Below, one piece after another: positions 53,643 through 64,000 of a stretch of 64,000 nt of DNA. The stretch is from a virus (lineage: Duplodnaviria; Heunggongvirae; Uroviricota; Caudoviricetes). The DNA lies in IMG/VR virus record IMGVR_UViG_2778261559_000013, one strand, 5' to 3'. The notes under the pieces are model-generated. The model was not told the origin of the DNA, searched no databases, and saw only the letters and a program-made list of their open reading frames with translations. Each line of letters opens with the position of its first letter. The first letter of the stretch is position 1. The position numbers were made by a program, and so were the translations under genes.

Positions 53643-55012
53643 TAATAATCCTCTTGCCAGTCAGCACCAGCATAGTTATCAAACCGTGAGTATTGGCCGT
53701 TAAAAGCCAATCTCACCGTGCCAATTGGGCCATTTCGTTGCTTTCCGATAATTACCTCGGCAATGCCCTTCATTTCGCTATCCGGGTGATAAACTTCGTC
53801 GCGATACAGAAACATGATCAGGTCTGCGTCCTGCTCAATTGCTCCTGATTCACGTAAATCTGAATTTACCGGTCGTTTGTCCGCACGCTGTTCAAGCGAT
53901 CGATTAAGTTGTGACAATGCCACCACCGGTACTTGTAATTCCTTCGCCAACGCCTTCAGTGAGCGAGAAATCTCGGCAATTTCCAGCGTTCGGTTATCTT
54001 GCAGCTCGGGGACGCTCATAAGTTGCAGGTAGTCGATCATAATCATGCTCAAACCACCATTTTCTTTATAAACACGACGAGCGCGGGAACGTAGCTCTGT
54101 CGGCGTCAGGGCGCTTGAGTCATCAATAAAAATATTCTGCTTGTCCAACAGAATACCCATTGCGCCAGAAACCCGCGCCCAATCCTCGTCGTTAAGTTGC
54201 CCTGTTCGAATACGAGTCTGATCAACGCGTGCAAGAGAAGCCAGTGAGCGCATCATCAGCTGGTGGCTCGGCATCTCAAGGCTAAAAACCAATACGGGCT
54301 TATAGTTACGGACTGCGGCATTTTCGACGAGATTCATCGCAAACGTGGTCTTCCCCATAGATGGGCGGGCGGCGACAATGATGAGATCGGACGGCTGAAG
54401 CCCTGCCGTCTTCTTATTGAGATCGGTAAATCCCGTATCAAGCCCCGTTACACCATCATGTGGTCGCTGAAACAACTCTTCTATGCGAGATACCGTTGCA
54501 TCGAGAATGCTGGCGATATCTTTTGGACCACTACCGCTCTTTTGTCGTTTTTCAGCTATTTCAAAAACGCGGCGCTCGGCCATATCCAGCAATTCATTGC
54601 TGCCCCTGCCATCCTGCGCATATCCAGCTTCGGCTATTTCATTTGCGACGGAAATCATTTCACGAACAACCGCGCGTTCACGAACGATATCCGCATAAGC
54701 ACAAATATTTGCCGCGCTGGGCGTGTTCTTTGACATCTCCGCAAGGTACGCAAAACCACCGGCGCGTTCTAATTTACCGTTCTGTTCAAGTGCTTCAGCA
54801 AGTGTTATCAAATCAATCGGTTTGCCATGACTTAATAACCTCTCCATCTCACTGAAAATTTCACGATGAGCACTGGTATAAAAATCATCAGCAACTATAC
54901 GATCTGCAACTTCATCCCAGCGGCAGTTATCAAGCATTAAGCCACCAAGTACAGCTTGTTCTGCACTAAGGGAATTTGGCATGGATTCAAGAGGGGATGC
55001 AGACATTAGCAC
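53642..55012 (-). CDS. ban: replicative DnaB-family helicase Ban, 456 aa
   Basis: DnaB N-terminal domain plus RecA-like core (RPSMGKTTFAMN Walker A, IMIDYLQLM, IGKQRNGPIG). Confidence 0.9.
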   Translation of the reverse strand: MLMSASPLESMPNSLSAEQAVLGGLMLDNCRWDEVADRIVADDFYTSAHREIFSEMERLLSHGKPIDLITLAEALEQNGKLERAGGFAYLAEMSKNTPSAANICAYADIVRERAVVREMISVANEIAEAGYAQDGRGSNELLDMAERRVFEIAEKRQKSGSGPKDIASILDATVSRIEELFQRPHDGVTGLDTGFTDLNKKTAGLQPSDLIIVAARPSMGKTTFAMNLVENAAVRNYKPVLVFSLEMPSHQLMMRSLASLARVDQTRIRTGQLNDEDWARVSGAMGILLDKQNIFIDDSSALTPTELRSRARRVYKENGGLSMIMIDYLQLMSVPELQDNRTLEIAEISRSLKALAKELQVPVVALSQLNRSLEQRADKRPVNSDLRESGAIEQDADLIMFLYRDEVYHPDSEMKGIAEVIIGKQRNGPIGTVRLAFNGQYSRFDNYAGADWQEDY

Positions 55013-55292
55013 TCCACCCAGGCGTGCTGAATGTCAGATATAATCGGCATACTCAAATCACTCCTAACGATATGAGTCATCACCAGAAAATCAGGATTAA
55101 TGCGCCGGACTCTTCCCGGCTGTCACACCGAATCGCCAGGATGGTGAATCCCTTTACCCGAGAAACAACAAACGGTGGCTTGCACATTCCGGCTACCTGG
55201 TTCGTTGCCTGAGCTAGGGGCAAGGTTCCCCCCTTTTAACGTCACCAGACCGCTAACGACGCATGTGCCAGACGCCGTGTTACAACCAAATA

Positions 55293-55368
55293 TGGTGGCC
55301 CCTACCGGACTTGAACCGGTGACCGTGCGATTATGAGTCGCCAGCTCTAACCACTGAGCTAAAGGGCC
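55293..55368 (-). tRNA. tRNA-Ile (anticodon CAU, lysidine type; ileX-like)
   Basis: GGCCCTTTAGCTCAGTGGTTAGAGCTGGCGACTCATAATCGCACGGTCACCGGTTCAAGTCCGGTAGGGGCCACCA: cloverleaf with CAT anticodon, nearly identical to E. coli ileX, encoded CCA end. Confidence 0.85.
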
Positions 55369-55395
55369 GGATTACTGCCAATTTTGCTTACGCTT

Positions 55396-56223
55396 TTATT
55401 TCACCGGAACAAACGGAACAGCGGCATTACTGGTCATATACTGCGGTAATGTACCGTTCCATTTGTTGATCGCTTCCAACTCCATAACACCGGGGTTCTG
55501 GCGCAGAGCTTCACCACGTAAACGAATGGCATCAGCTTCGGCCTGGGCTTTTGTGCGAATAGCATCAGCCTGTCCGGCAGCTTCCGCGCGCAGCATGTTG
55601 GCCTCTGCTTCACGTTGTTTGACCTCTTGCTCGCGTTGCAGGGTTTTTTGGTTTGCCGTGACTTTGGCGTTAATACTGTCAATAACTGTTGGCGGGTATT
55701 CTGGCTTACCTACATAAGAGAGGCTCATCACCTGAATGCCGATTGGCGTCATTTCTTCCTGAATGTCTTTAAGGGCTGCATCAAGCAATTCAGATTTGCC
55801 ACCGTCGATAAATTTGTCGGTGGTCATTTTGCTGGCTAACCGGTTCAGAGCATCTGCAACCTTCTGGCGTAGATCGGTATCAGTAATATCATCTACACCT
55901 TTGCGATAGGTCTGAAATACCGTTGTGACTTTTGCTGGATCAACCTTGTAGGCTACGCCGATGTGGTAACCAATGGTTGTTCCGTCGCTCATCTGGAAGC
56001 TGAACGGCTCATCGTATGTCTTCATTTGCTTAAAGGTCGGGAAGATATAAACTTCAGTATTCAAGCCTGTCCAGTAGCGACCAACGCCAACTACTTCACC
56101 GATACCTTTATCATCCCCCAGCTTATTTACTTTGATCCCTACGTTACCTGGCTCTACCCGATCGCATCCGGTCAGGCATAAAGAACCCAAAATAATCGCT
56201 GCACTAATCAACGTTTTTTTCAT
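55396..56223 (-). CDS. SPFH/band-7 domain lipoprotein, 275 aa
   Basis: Lipobox LCLTGC after the signal peptide; prohibitin/HflC-like body with C-terminal coiled coil. Confidence 0.7.
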   Translation of the reverse strand: MKKTLISAAIILGSLCLTGCDRVEPGNVGIKVNKLGDDKGIGEVVGVGRYWTGLNTEVYIFPTFKQMKTYDEPFSFQMSDGTTIGYHIGVAYKVDPAKVTTVFQTYRKGVDDITDTDLRQKVADALNRLASKMTTDKFIDGGKSELLDAALKDIQEEMTPIGIQVMSLSYVGKPEYPPTVIDSINAKVTANQKTLQREQEVKQREAEANMLRAEAAGQADAIRTKAQAEADAIRLRGEALRQNPGVMELEAINKWNGTLPQYMTSNAAVPFVPVK

Positions 56224-56440
56224 TAATTAATTTCCTGGTTTTTTCACGAAAAAAGACTACTGCGAAAGCCGGGTAAATGAGCGCAAGAAGGACTCCCAAC
56301 AATACAAGTATTGTGCTGTTAGATGAGATCATATTTGGCAAAAGCCAAACATACAGAACCAGTGACACAATCAAACAGAGGACGGCATAAATATATAACC
56401 GCACCCATAGCGTTCGACATTTGTTCGGATTGTTCTGCAT
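56204..56440 (-). CDS. small two-TM membrane protein, 78 aa, overlapping the SPFH gene start
   Basis: Two hydrophobic helices; translationally coupled. Confidence 0.45.
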   Translation of the reverse strand: MQNNPNKCRTLWVRLYIYAVLCLIVSLVLYVWLLPNMISSNSTILVLLGVLLALIYPAFAVVFFREKTRKLINEKNVD

Positions 56441-56722
56441 CCTCTCACTCCATTATTTAACGAATAAAAAAGCTGCGGTGCTGGGTGCCTCCCGGTGTCC
56501 TTTGGCTGGTTATCCACCGTGGACGGGGAAACAAGGAGAAATGAATGGACTGATATAACCATTTCCCCGCGTGCGCTTAGCCGCATTCACCGCAACGGAA
56601 AGAGCATTCTTGGTGGACCTGTAGATTGGGATATGAACCCGTTACAGGAGAATGCTCTTACCTGTTGCGTACTCCGTTTCATGGAGTTAACGGCGGACTA
56701 ACCATCCGCCCCAAATTTATAA

Positions 56723-57136
56723 TTAGCTGCTTGCTGACGGATAGTTTTTGGTTAATTGGACCAAGCGAGCATCAAGAGCTTTTCGATAATCAATCATGCT
56801 TCCGAGCTGAATTTCCAAATCCAACTGCTTGCACTGGTCTATAGTGAGGAATTTATCTGTTCCAATGAATCGAACAAGCTTATTTATGCGCTGGCATAGC
56901 TGAGCACGTTCGATAATCATTCGCTTGTGGTATTCCTCCAAGCCGTCAATTTTGCCCAACGGAGCTGCTATTTCATTAAATTCACGAAGTGGTATTTTGA
57001 GTTCGTTACCGAACACATCTACAACATCAATTTCAGATGCATCTTCTTTCGAAACTTTATCGACCTGATAACTGGTGCTAACCACTAAAGAAATAACAAA
57101 CTGCTCTTTCTGCATAATTACCGTTCTCGCACTCAT
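56723..57136 (-). CDS. hypothetical protein, 137 aa
   Basis: AT-rich ORF between repeat-containing non-coding stretches. Confidence 0.4.
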   Translation of the reverse strand: MSARTVIMQKEQFVISLVVSTSYQVDKVSKEDASEIDVVDVFGNELKIPLREFNEIAAPLGKIDGLEEYHKRMIIERAQLCQRINKLVRFIGTDKFLTIDQCKQLDLEIQLGSMIDYRKALDARLVQLTKNYPSASS

Positions 57137-57573
57137 GGGTGACAGTTTCTAAATAAATTGTGATGGTCGGTGCTGAACTCCGACACAGGGTTGTAGCAAG
57201 CCCCGCAAAGCGCGCACTACTGTAGTTGCGGCACATCAGCCTGTGCATTCACCACAACGTTGAGAACACTGGTTGTCACGCTGCAACGCAACATTTATTC
57301 GTAGATTGGGATATGACCCCGTTACGCCAGTGTTCTCAACGTTGTAGTGCCGGTTACGGTTCCGGCCAGGCCTCTTCCTCAACGGGGTGTTCTCCATACG
57401 GACTACCGTTTATTGGTCGTTCCTGCGGTTTATGTTGTGAAGCCAGATGCTTATCTTCTGGTTGCTTCTAAGAGCTGCACTTCATCACAACGGTAAGGGT
57501 ACTTCGTAGGGATTCGAACCCTCTGCCAAGCACGGCGATCTCCGACGTCGCAAAATACCCTTACCTGTTGTGT

Positions 57574-57649
57574 TGGTGCCGGTTAACGGACTCGAACCGC
57601 TGACATCCTGCTTACAAGGCAGGCGCTCTACCAACTGAGCTAAACCGGC
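57574..57649 (-). tRNA. tRNA-Thr (anticodon UGU)
   Basis: GCCGGTTTAGCTCAGTTGGTAGAGCGCCTGCCTTGTAAGCAGGATGTCAGCGGTTCGAGTCCGTTAACCGGCACCA. Confidence 0.85.
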
Positions 57650-57651
57650 AT

Positions 57652-57727
57652 TGGCGATGGTGGATGGATTTGAACCATCGACCCGTTGATTAACAGTCAA
57701 CCGCTCTAACCGCTGAGCTACACCATC
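57652..57727 (-). tRNA. tRNA-Asn (anticodon GUU)
   Basis: GATGGTGTAGCTCAGCGGTTAGAGCGGTTGACTGTTAATCAACGGGTCGATGGTTCAAATCCATCCACCATCGCCA. Confidence 0.85.
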
Positions 57728-58381
57728 ACTTGCCGGGTACGTCTCCGGCGAGGGCTTCCACCTCCGTATGCTTTTCGGCGCACCGCGCCCTGGCTGCAAT
57801 TCGGTAACAGGGGATGCATAACCCTGGCTTCCAGCGTGATTAGCGCTTTCAGCATGACGGGATATACCCGTAAATTCGTGGAACTGTACCCAAAGTGCTG
57901 TTAAGCACCGCTGTTACGCTGAAAAGAAGACGCAACAGGAAAGGACGCTGACCAACAGATGGCCCCTTCTCGTTCATCTGGTTAATCACACCAGCGCCCT
58001 TACCTGTTGTGCCTCCCCGTTCCCTAATACACAGACGGGGACACTCTGCGGTCGATTTTTTGACGGGGGACGACTCATACCCCGTGGCGTCTGGCTTCTT
58101 AGGCCGCTACCATCATCAGATCATCGTTTGCATTTACTTTAATGGTCAGTTTCTAAACCGCCGCAAAGTCGCTAACCATGACGAAAACCCTGAAAAAAAC
58201 GCCCACCCGAAGATGGGCAAACTGGAAGCTCGTAACGCACTTCGGCGTTGCCACTTAGGCGCATGGTCAACCTGGCAACTCGGTGGTTTGTCTGGGAGGA
58301 CTAGGCCCAGCCATGCTTACCGCCGCGCCTGTCGCGGCTAACAGCTAAATCGCTCTATAAATCACGATTCATTGAGACGAT

Positions 58382-58398
58382 ATTACACTAATAAATTT
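58382..58398 (+). promoter_or_regulatory. C1 operator (ATTACACTAATAAATTT), overlapping an oppositely oriented perfect operator
   Basis: 15/17 match. Confidence 0.5.
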
Positions 58399-58409
58399 AT
58401 TAGAGCAAT
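58393..58409 (-). promoter_or_regulatory. C1 operator, perfect consensus ATTGCTCTAATAAATTT, overlapping the dmt stop codon
   Basis: 17/17 match on the minus strand. Confidence 0.65.
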
Positions 58410-60664
58410 ATGCCTAAGACGTCATGAGCAACACCTCGAGTGTCCCCCTTACAAGACACAGAACGTCTGGCAAAAAGAGGTTCCACTCTGAAGCCATTGT
58501 CATGATAAAGCTCTCTGATGTTTGGCGCGCCACTGTTAGTAATGAGAACCTTTGCACCTCGGCGATGAGCATCCGTCAACAGAGACACCAGGCGTTTTTG
58601 CTCTTCAAACTTAAAGTCATGACCGGAATAGTTCGTGAATCCCTCTGTATTTGGAAGCGGTTCATACGGCGGATCACAGAAGATGACATCTCCTTCTCCG
58701 GCAGCTTCAATCACCGCAGCAAAATCACCACATACAAACTCAGAACGCCCTTCCGCACCGAGGAAGGCTTCCATCTCCTGTAATGGGAAATACGGAGTTT
58801 TATACTTCCCATAACCGACATTGAACTCACCGGCCTGGTTGTAACGCGTCAATCCGTTAAAACAATGTCGGTTCAGGAACAAAAACGCCGCTGCGCGATG
58901 TAAATCATCATAGACTTGTTTGTTAAACGCATTCCGTACTGCCAGGTATCCTTCCTGTGTGTTGTAGTCCTGGAAAAACCGATGCGCCAGTGTGATAAGT
59001 GAATGCGCCTCGCGTTGCAGAGTCTTGTAAAAGTTAATCAGGTCAGCATTCACATCATTTAGCAGATTTTCCTGGTATCCGGCATTCGTGAAGACAGCTC
59101 CGCCACCGACAAAAGGTTCGATCAGGCGCTTCCCTTCTGGCAAATAGCGAAAGATTTGTTCCAGAACACCAAATTTTCCACCAGCCCATTTGAATATGGA
59201 CCGTTCGAATTCTGCCGCTGGTTTAACTTTTCGCTCTTTTGTTTCACTTCCTTCTTTCTGCCGACATACGGCCTTAGTAATCCGATCGCCAATCCAGCGC
59301 ATTACTGGTATTGCCATACTATTGCCGATCGCTTTGTAACGCGGTCCGTCAGCTGCAAGCATCGCGGCCTCTTCTTCGCTTAAATCTGGATAGTGATTGC
59401 GAAGATATGCCAGTTCATCTGAATTAACTTTTTTACGCTTTTCCGTCGGGATCAACGTATGCCCATCAGGAAAACCTTGCAGCCTTTCACATTCGACAGG
59501 GGTAAGACGGCGGACAGCTACTTCTGCGTTTCTTACTTCATAGCAAACAGCTGTTGGATTTTTAGCCATCAGAGATGGTGAAGTATTCTTAGTTGCAGCA
59601 TGTTGTGTACCGCTCATACGCTCAGGAAAAGCCAATGTAACAAGATGCTCATGGCTTTCTTGCTCACGTGCCCGCAATGTACCATGCCCTTCTGACCAAA
59701 AACCTGCTCCTGTGCTGCTAAAAACGGCAAGGTCAGTGGCATCTTTAAAATCTCTTGCCTTTACTGTCGATGCGGTTTCATCGTCAATATATTCCCCAAA
59801 TGCTGCCATCCTGAAAGCGTTTACGGCTTTCGTCGATTTCATACCGGGTGGCATGTCAGCGTGTAGGCATGGATTTAGGCTTTCGCCACTGATTGCAGCG
59901 CCATTTGCAATAATGGCGGAAGCGATTTCCTTCTTTTTTCGGCTCGGCGCAATATTCCGGCGCACGCCTTCGAACTCAAAAAGTACCGTTGCGGGATCGA
60001 GGTCTGTTCGAGCACTTGCGACAACAAACACGCGTCGGCGTCGTTGTGCCACTCCGAAGTATTGGGCATCAAGGATTCTCCAGGCCACCTTTCGCTGCGG
60101 TCCATAAATACAACCACACTGCGGCCACTTTGGAGCATGGCAACCGGTTTTGCCATCCCACCGCCAGAACGCGTTACTTTTTCCTGATTCAGGTCGATCA
60201 CCTGGTTCAAATGGCGCATCTTCTCCAGCCAATCCGGCAAGGAAACATCCGAAGGCGTTATCTGCCGATGACAGGACTCCTGGGACATTTTCCCAGACGA
60301 TAACTGTCGGTTTGAGAAATGACTCAGCCCGTTTGTCGTCAATTGCATTTGCAAGCTCCACATACTTTAAAGTTAGCGCGCCACGCTCATCATCAAGCCC
60401 ACCACGTAATCCAGCGATACTGAATGCCTGACAAGGTGTTCCCCCGACGAGCACATCAGGGGATTCGATTTCCCCAGCCAGGACTTTTTTGGCAAGTTTT
60501 GTCATGTCGCCAAGGTTGGCGACATGGGGCCAGCGGTGCGCAAGAACGGCAGATGGAAAAGGCTCGATTTCAGCAAACCACGCCGGACGCATACCCAACG
60601 GTTCCCAGGCAATACTCGCGGCTTCAATTCCACTGCAAACAGATCCATAGCACAGCTCTTTCAC
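58400..60664 (-). CDS. dmt: bifunctional DNA methyltransferase Dmt (N-terminal C5-cytosine MTase, C-terminal Dam-like N6-adenine MTase), 754 aa
   Basis: C5-MTase motifs [19 protein letters not shown] and ENVPG in the N-terminal half; Dam-like C-terminal half with DPPY (FCDPPYEP). Size matches P1 Dmt. Confidence 0.85.
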   Translation of the reverse strand: MKELCYGSVCSGIEAASIAWEPLGMRPAWFAEIEPFPSAVLAHRWPHVANLGDMTKLAKKVLAGEIESPDVLVGGTPCQAFSIAGLRGGLDDERGALTLKYVELANAIDDKRAESFLKPTVIVWENVPGVLSSADNAFGCFLAGLAGEDAPFEPGDRPESGKSNAFWRWDGKTGCHAPKWPQCGCIYGPQRKVAWRILDAQYFGVAQRRRRVFVVASARTDLDPATVLFEFEGVRRNIAPSRKKKEIASAIIANGAAISGESLNPCLHADMPPGMKSTKAVNAFRMAAFGEYIDDETASTVKARDFKDATDLAVFSSTGAGFWSEGHGTLRAREQESHEHLVTLAFPERMSGTQHAATKNTSPSLMAKNPTAVCYEVRNAEVAVRRLTPVECERLQGFPDGHTLIPTEKRKKVNSDELAYLRNHYPDLSEEEAAMLAADGPRYKAIGNSMAIPVMRWIGDRITKAVCRQKEGSETKERKVKPAAEFERSIFKWAGGKFGVLEQIFRYLPEGKRLIEPFVGGGAVFTNAGYQENLLNDVNADLINFYKTLQREAHSLITLAHRFFQDYNTQEGYLAVRNAFNKQVYDDLHRAAAFLFLNRHCFNGLTRYNQAGEFNVGYGKYKTPYFPLQEMEAFLGAEGRSEFVCGDFAAVIEAAGEGDVIFCDPPYEPLPNTEGFTNYSGHDFKFEEQKRLVSLLTDAHRRGAKVLITNSGAPNIRELYHDNGFRVEPLFARRSVSCKGDTRGVAHDVLGILL

Positions 60665-61566
60665 TGCTTAGCCTCTCCACCAAGGGCATTTACCAGAGCA
60701 TCAACCAGGCACGAAATTTCACTGGTCAACAGGAAGAAATCTGCGTCCAGTCGCTGCGCTACATCTTCACTATCAATATCAGAGTTCTGATCAAGCAATT
60801 CATCCGCAAATTTGACGCTGGTAAGGCTGAAGTTATGGTCCAGTGTAAATTTAATGCGGTTCTGCCAGTCGAGTGCCAACTTAGTGACGAGCTTGCCAGC
60901 TTCCAGGTGTGTGGAAATTTCATCGCTTCCCAAATCCTGCTTTTTCACTCGGGCAATACCGCCATCCTCAAGCACTGCCTTAAGTTCTGCCGCATCCCCC
61001 ATTTGAAATCCCTGTGGAGCACTACCATCACGTACCCAGTCGGTCAGCGTTAATTCAATGGGATTTTCAACACTCAGGGGAACAACAGGAAGAGAACCCA
61101 GAGACTTACGCATAAGCGCGAGCATATCCTCTGCCTGCCGCGCGCTGGCATTGATATAGATACGTTTAGTTGAACCGTCGTAGATCGCCTGGATAACAGA
61201 AAACTTTGAAAAAGCCCGTGGCAGAAGAGAATGCAGAACTTCGTCTTTCAGGGAGTCCTTCTCTGTTTTCTTCAGTTTACGCGCTTGTTCTTGCTCAAGT
61301 TTTTCAATTTTTTCTTGAATAGCTCGCTGGATAACCGGCGGGGGAAGAATTTTTGTTTCGCGCTTTGCTTCAACAAGGATAAAACCATTTCCATGCATAG
61401 CGATAACTTCGGAATTATCACCAAATGGAGATACAAAACCGAACTTGGCCATATCCTGACTACCGCATGGCGTGAAAAGGATCATTTTCTTTTTATCTTC
61501 TAAGTCGGTCAGATCCGCCTCACGAGAAAGTTTATAAATAGTAATGTTTTTCCAGTGCTTAAACAT
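60661..61566 (-). CDS. RdgC-family recombination-associated protein (HrdC-like), 301 aa
   Basis: [47 protein letters not shown] matches the RdgC N-terminus. Start set at the internal ATG; the track ORF is 38 codons longer. Confidence 0.7.
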   Translation of the reverse strand: MFKHWKNITIYKLSREADLTDLEDKKKMILFTPCGSQDMAKFGFVSPFGDNSEVIAMHGNGFILVEAKRETKILPPPVIQRAIQEKIEKLEQEQARKLKKTEKDSLKDEVLHSLLPRAFSKFSVIQAIYDGSTKRIYINASARQAEDMLALMRKSLGSLPVVPLSVENPIELTLTDWVRDGSAPQGFQMGDAAELKAVLEDGGIARVKKQDLGSDEISTHLEAGKLVTKLALDWQNRIKFTLDHNFSLTSVKFADELLDQNSDIDSEDVAQRLDADFFLLTSEISCLVDALVNALGGEAKQ

Positions 61567-61915
61567 GTTGTAACCCTTGAATATCAACCACAGAAAGCTC
61601 GTCTTTGTAGAAAAAGGCCAGGTTGTGGCACCCCCTCGTTTGAGCGTATGAGCTGGGACCAATTTCGTTCTTCCAGACAAATGGCTTCAAATCCGTACGG
61701 CGAAGCATAAAAACGCGATTTGTTCCGCTCTGATTCCCAATGAGGCAAAAGCCTTCTTTCACCTTGATAGCCTGCAAGTTGTCGAGTTCACCGCTGGTTA
61801 CACGGCTATCGAACTCTTTGCGGCTTATTAGCTCCATCTGCATCTGACGACTCCAAACAAATGCCCATTGAAGGGCGATGGCTGAATGGTACCGAAAATA
61901 CGACATAAAAAACAA
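61559..61915 (-). CDS. hypothetical protein, 118 aa
   Basis: ORF upstream of the RdgC-like gene; non-ATG start. Confidence 0.3.
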   Translation of the reverse strand: MFFMSYFRYHSAIALQWAFVWSRQMQMELISRKEFDSRVTSGELDNLQAIKVKEGFCLIGNQSGTNRVFMLRRTDLKPFVWKNEIGPSSYAQTRGCHNLAFFYKDELSVVDIQGLQHV

Positions 61916-61931
61916 TATTTATTAGAGCAAT
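61915..61931 (-). promoter_or_regulatory. C1 operator (ATTGCTCTAATAAATAT, 16/17) in a divergent promoter region
   Basis: Sequence match. Confidence 0.55.
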
Positions 61932-62012
61932 TTTGCAATAGTTGAACTCCATGTAGACCACAAACAACCTGAGTTAAAATAACGAAAATCAGAGCAAATA
62001 ATTGGTGATGAC

Positions 62013-62297
62013 GTGGCAAGTATTGCAACAAAAGACAGCATTTGTTCGGGGCACGGAGGATTCCCATCCAGGCCTCCTGTAGAGAGTGAACCACTACTTA
62101 AAGTCAACGGAGTCGAAGTGTTAGTTGATGGTAAGCAATATGCACAGCATACCGATGGAAACAGTACGCACGGTGGGCAAGCTATATCAACCAGGGCATG
62201 GTTTACCGTCAATGGTAAAGGGATCGTATGCGTTGGTGACCCTGTTTCATGCGGATCTACCGTAGCGTCCGGAGACGGCCTGGTTCAGGTAAGTTAG
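62013..62297 (+). CDS. small Gly/Cys-rich protein, PAAR-like spike-tip candidate, 94 aa
   Basis: ...CSGHGGFP...GKGIVCVGDPVSCGSTVASGDGLV resembles PAAR-repeat proteins; weak. Confidence 0.35.
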   Translation: MASIATKDSICSGHGGFPSRPPVESEPLLKVNGVEVLVDGKQYAQHTDGNSTHGGQAISTRAWFTVNGKGIVCVGDPVSCGSTVASGDGLVQVS

Positions 62298-62305
62298 GAG
62301 ATATC

Positions 62306-63094
62306 ATGCTGGAAAAAGTCTACCAGTTATCCGCATATAAAAAATTGGCCGCCGCCGGTGGGATGAAAACACCTGGTGCCATAACATCGGCACGAAACAG
62401 TGCTAACACAGCAAAACTGCTTGCAGAAGAATTGACCGGATTAATTCTGGATACAATTGTCTATCCCGACACTATTACCAGCTATGTTTCAACGATCAGA
62501 ACAACCGCAACCGGTTTAACGAATATTGGAGGGCTGGCAACTCAGCACGCGGACCTGTTGGCTGGTTATGCTGATCTGTCAATGCTCCTTCAACTCGATA
62601 TTGGTTGGGATGTTTACTGTCGTGCTAATGAGCGAGAAGTTTCAGAACTGCCGATCTCTATTGCCATTGGTGACGCGACTACAACGAAATCGCTTGAGGA
62701 CGCTGTAAATGCGCTTAATGCGTCGAGTTTAGTCGCTGCTATGGGGGACGTTAACCAGACCCTTAACACAGGCTCAGGAAGCTCGTCAGGCTCTGATTCA
62801 GGTGGCGGCGCAGTCACTCCCCCACCAGCACTGACAGAACAACAAGTTGAAGCACTGAAGGAAGCTACTGAACAATTTGGTGCTTTTTTCGACCAGACAA
62901 CAGTACCGGTAGCAGCATTGCAACAGCAGTATGAACGAGCGAAGGAAAGCGCCAGCGTAGCCATAACTGCTTATAACCATGCTATCGGAACCGCGCTGGC
63001 GGAAGCATCAGCAAATAAGGCCAGCACCGCCAGCGCAGTCGCAGCTTTGGTTCCTGATTCTGTTCTTGATGAATTAAACAAGGCGACACTTTAA
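62306..63094 (+). CDS. hypothetical phage protein, 262 aa
   Basis: ATG with TAGGAG RBS (MLEKVYQLSAYKK...); Ser/Gly-rich linker. Confidence 0.45.
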   Translation: MLEKVYQLSAYKKLAAAGGMKTPGAITSARNSANTAKLLAEELTGLILDTIVYPDTITSYVSTIRTTATGLTNIGGLATQHADLLAGYADLSMLLQLDIGWDVYCRANEREVSELPISIAIGDATTTKSLEDAVNALNASSLVAAMGDVNQTLNTGSGSSSGSDSGGGAVTPPPALTEQQVEALKEATEQFGAFFDQTTVPVAALQQQYERAKESASVAITAYNHAIGTALAEASANKASTASAVAALVPDSVLDELNKATL

Positions 63095-63133
63095 CAAAGG
63101 ACTTCACAGATAATTTTTCTTCAGGAGGAAGAA

Positions 63134-63556
63134 ATGTCGTTTTTTTCAACGTTAAAAACAGCTTTGTCTTTGAAGGAGAAACTTGCTGTTACTGGTGTTC
63201 TTGTCCTGATTTGCGCACTTGTTGGTGCTGGGTTTGCATGGGAACGTTATCAGTTAAAGCAAGCCTTGGAAAAAATTGGCAGCCTTGATCAGGCTGTTAA
63301 GGAGCGCGATAAGTCAATCATTGATCTTAACCAGACCATTGAGACGATGAATAAAGCGGATCAACATTTTCACAGCCAGGAAGTGAAAAATGAATCAGAA
63401 CAAGCGAAGTATGCAGACAGACAAATGGAACGAAAAGCTGAAGTTCAGAAACAACTGGTTGCGTCGGGTAGTGTTCGCCAGCGCATTCCTGTTGACACTC
63501 AGCGGTTGCTCCGGGAGTCGATCAGCGAATTTAACGCCGACGCCGACAAAGGTTAA
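63134..63556 (+). CDS. membrane-anchored coiled-coil protein, 140 aa
   Basis: N-terminal TM (VTGVLVLICALVGAGFAW) then coiled coil; RBS AGGAGG. Confidence 0.4.
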   Translation: MSFFSTLKTALSLKEKLAVTGVLVLICALVGAGFAWERYQLKQALEKIGSLDQAVKERDKSIIDLNQTIETMNKADQHFHSQEVKNESEQAKYADRQMERKAEVQKQLVASGSVRQRIPVDTQRLLRESISEFNADADKG

Positions 63557-63733
63557 TCACCCTGCCCCCAAAAGTGCATTTATGTGCAGGATGCCAGAGT
63601 TTAGCAGTGAATATTTTGATGATCTGCCAGCCTATATCCTTGATACAGAAACGATGCTGATGGGGATTAACAGGAAGAATCGCAACGTTAATGATTACAA
63701 CCGCGCTATCAGCGGTAACTAAAAGGGATTTTT

Positions 63734-64000
63734 ATGTCTGATAAAGTAACAGTAAAGCAAACTATCAACAAAGCGACTTCAATCTACAAAATTGAGCAAA
63801 TCACTGTTGGCAAGCCAGGATCTGAACAATACCGTCGTGCTTTCGAGCTTGCCGATCAGCTTGGTTTAAAACACCCGGATTGCATTGAGCATGTATTTCC
63901 GACCTATGCTGATGAGCAATGTACTCATGTTCTTACCGAAGAGGATTTTTTCTGCACTGAAGAACGAGAAGGAGTTGATCGCTGCATTGGTGTGATTTGC
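63734..64000 (+). CDS. hypothetical protein (partial, runs off window end)
   Basis: ATG after AAAGGGA; open to the window edge (MSDKVTVKQTINKATSIYKIEQ...). Confidence 0.4.
   Translation, partial: MSDKVTVKQTINKATSIYKIEQITVGKPGSEQYRRAFELADQLGLKHPDCIEHVFPTYADEQCTHVLTEEDFFCTEEREGVDRCIGVIC

Noticed and set aside
57485-57799. Minus-strand 104-aa ORF from the track
   Set aside because: It runs straight through the tRNA-Thr and tRNA-Asn genes; the peptide is an artefact of structured RNA sequence.
58009-58341. Plus-strand 110-aa ORF in the tract between the tRNAs and dmt
   Set aside because: Arg/His-rich, non-ATG start, no RBS, in a region better explained as non-coding repeats.

Overview
This window is a near-contiguous segment of a P1-like temperate phage / phage-plasmid genome from an enterobacterial host. 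The backbone is recognisable from protein sequence and gene order: a Cin-type invertase beside an invertible tail-fibre segment, the lysis/Dar antirestriction operon (darA), ssb, a SAR endolysin, head protease and portal, the 2255-aa methyltransferase-helicase DarB, ref, cre with a perfect loxP, coi and the 283-aa C1 repressor, pacB/pacA with a GATC-hexamer pac site, phd-doc, a block of small phage genes, a baseplate operon, the DnaB-like helicase Ban, three tRNAs (Ile-CAU, Thr, Asn), the bifunctional methyltransferase Dmt and an RdgC homologue. About a dozen copies of the 17-bp C1 operator (ATTGCTCTAATAAATTT and variants) are scattered through it. The most interesting parts are low-GC cargo islets that, as far as I recall the P1 map, sit where P1 carries other things: (1) a GNAT acetyltransferase plus an unrecognised 213-aa protein where P1 has its type III R-M genes; (2) a Dgt-family dGTPase plus a small membrane protein where P1 has IS1; (3) a structured leader RNA, small ORF and antirepressor between pacB and c1, laid out like a c4-icd-ant immunity module; (4) a 154-aa membrane protein beside phd-doc; (5) an IS200/IS605-family TnpB element between pacA and the lpa-like gene. 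No rRNA or CRISPR array is present. CDS coordinates follow the supplied ORF track, with starts moved to an internal ATG where that matches a known N-terminus; site and RNA coordinates were counted by hand and may be off by 1-3 bp. P1 gene names given by synteny alone are stated as such.
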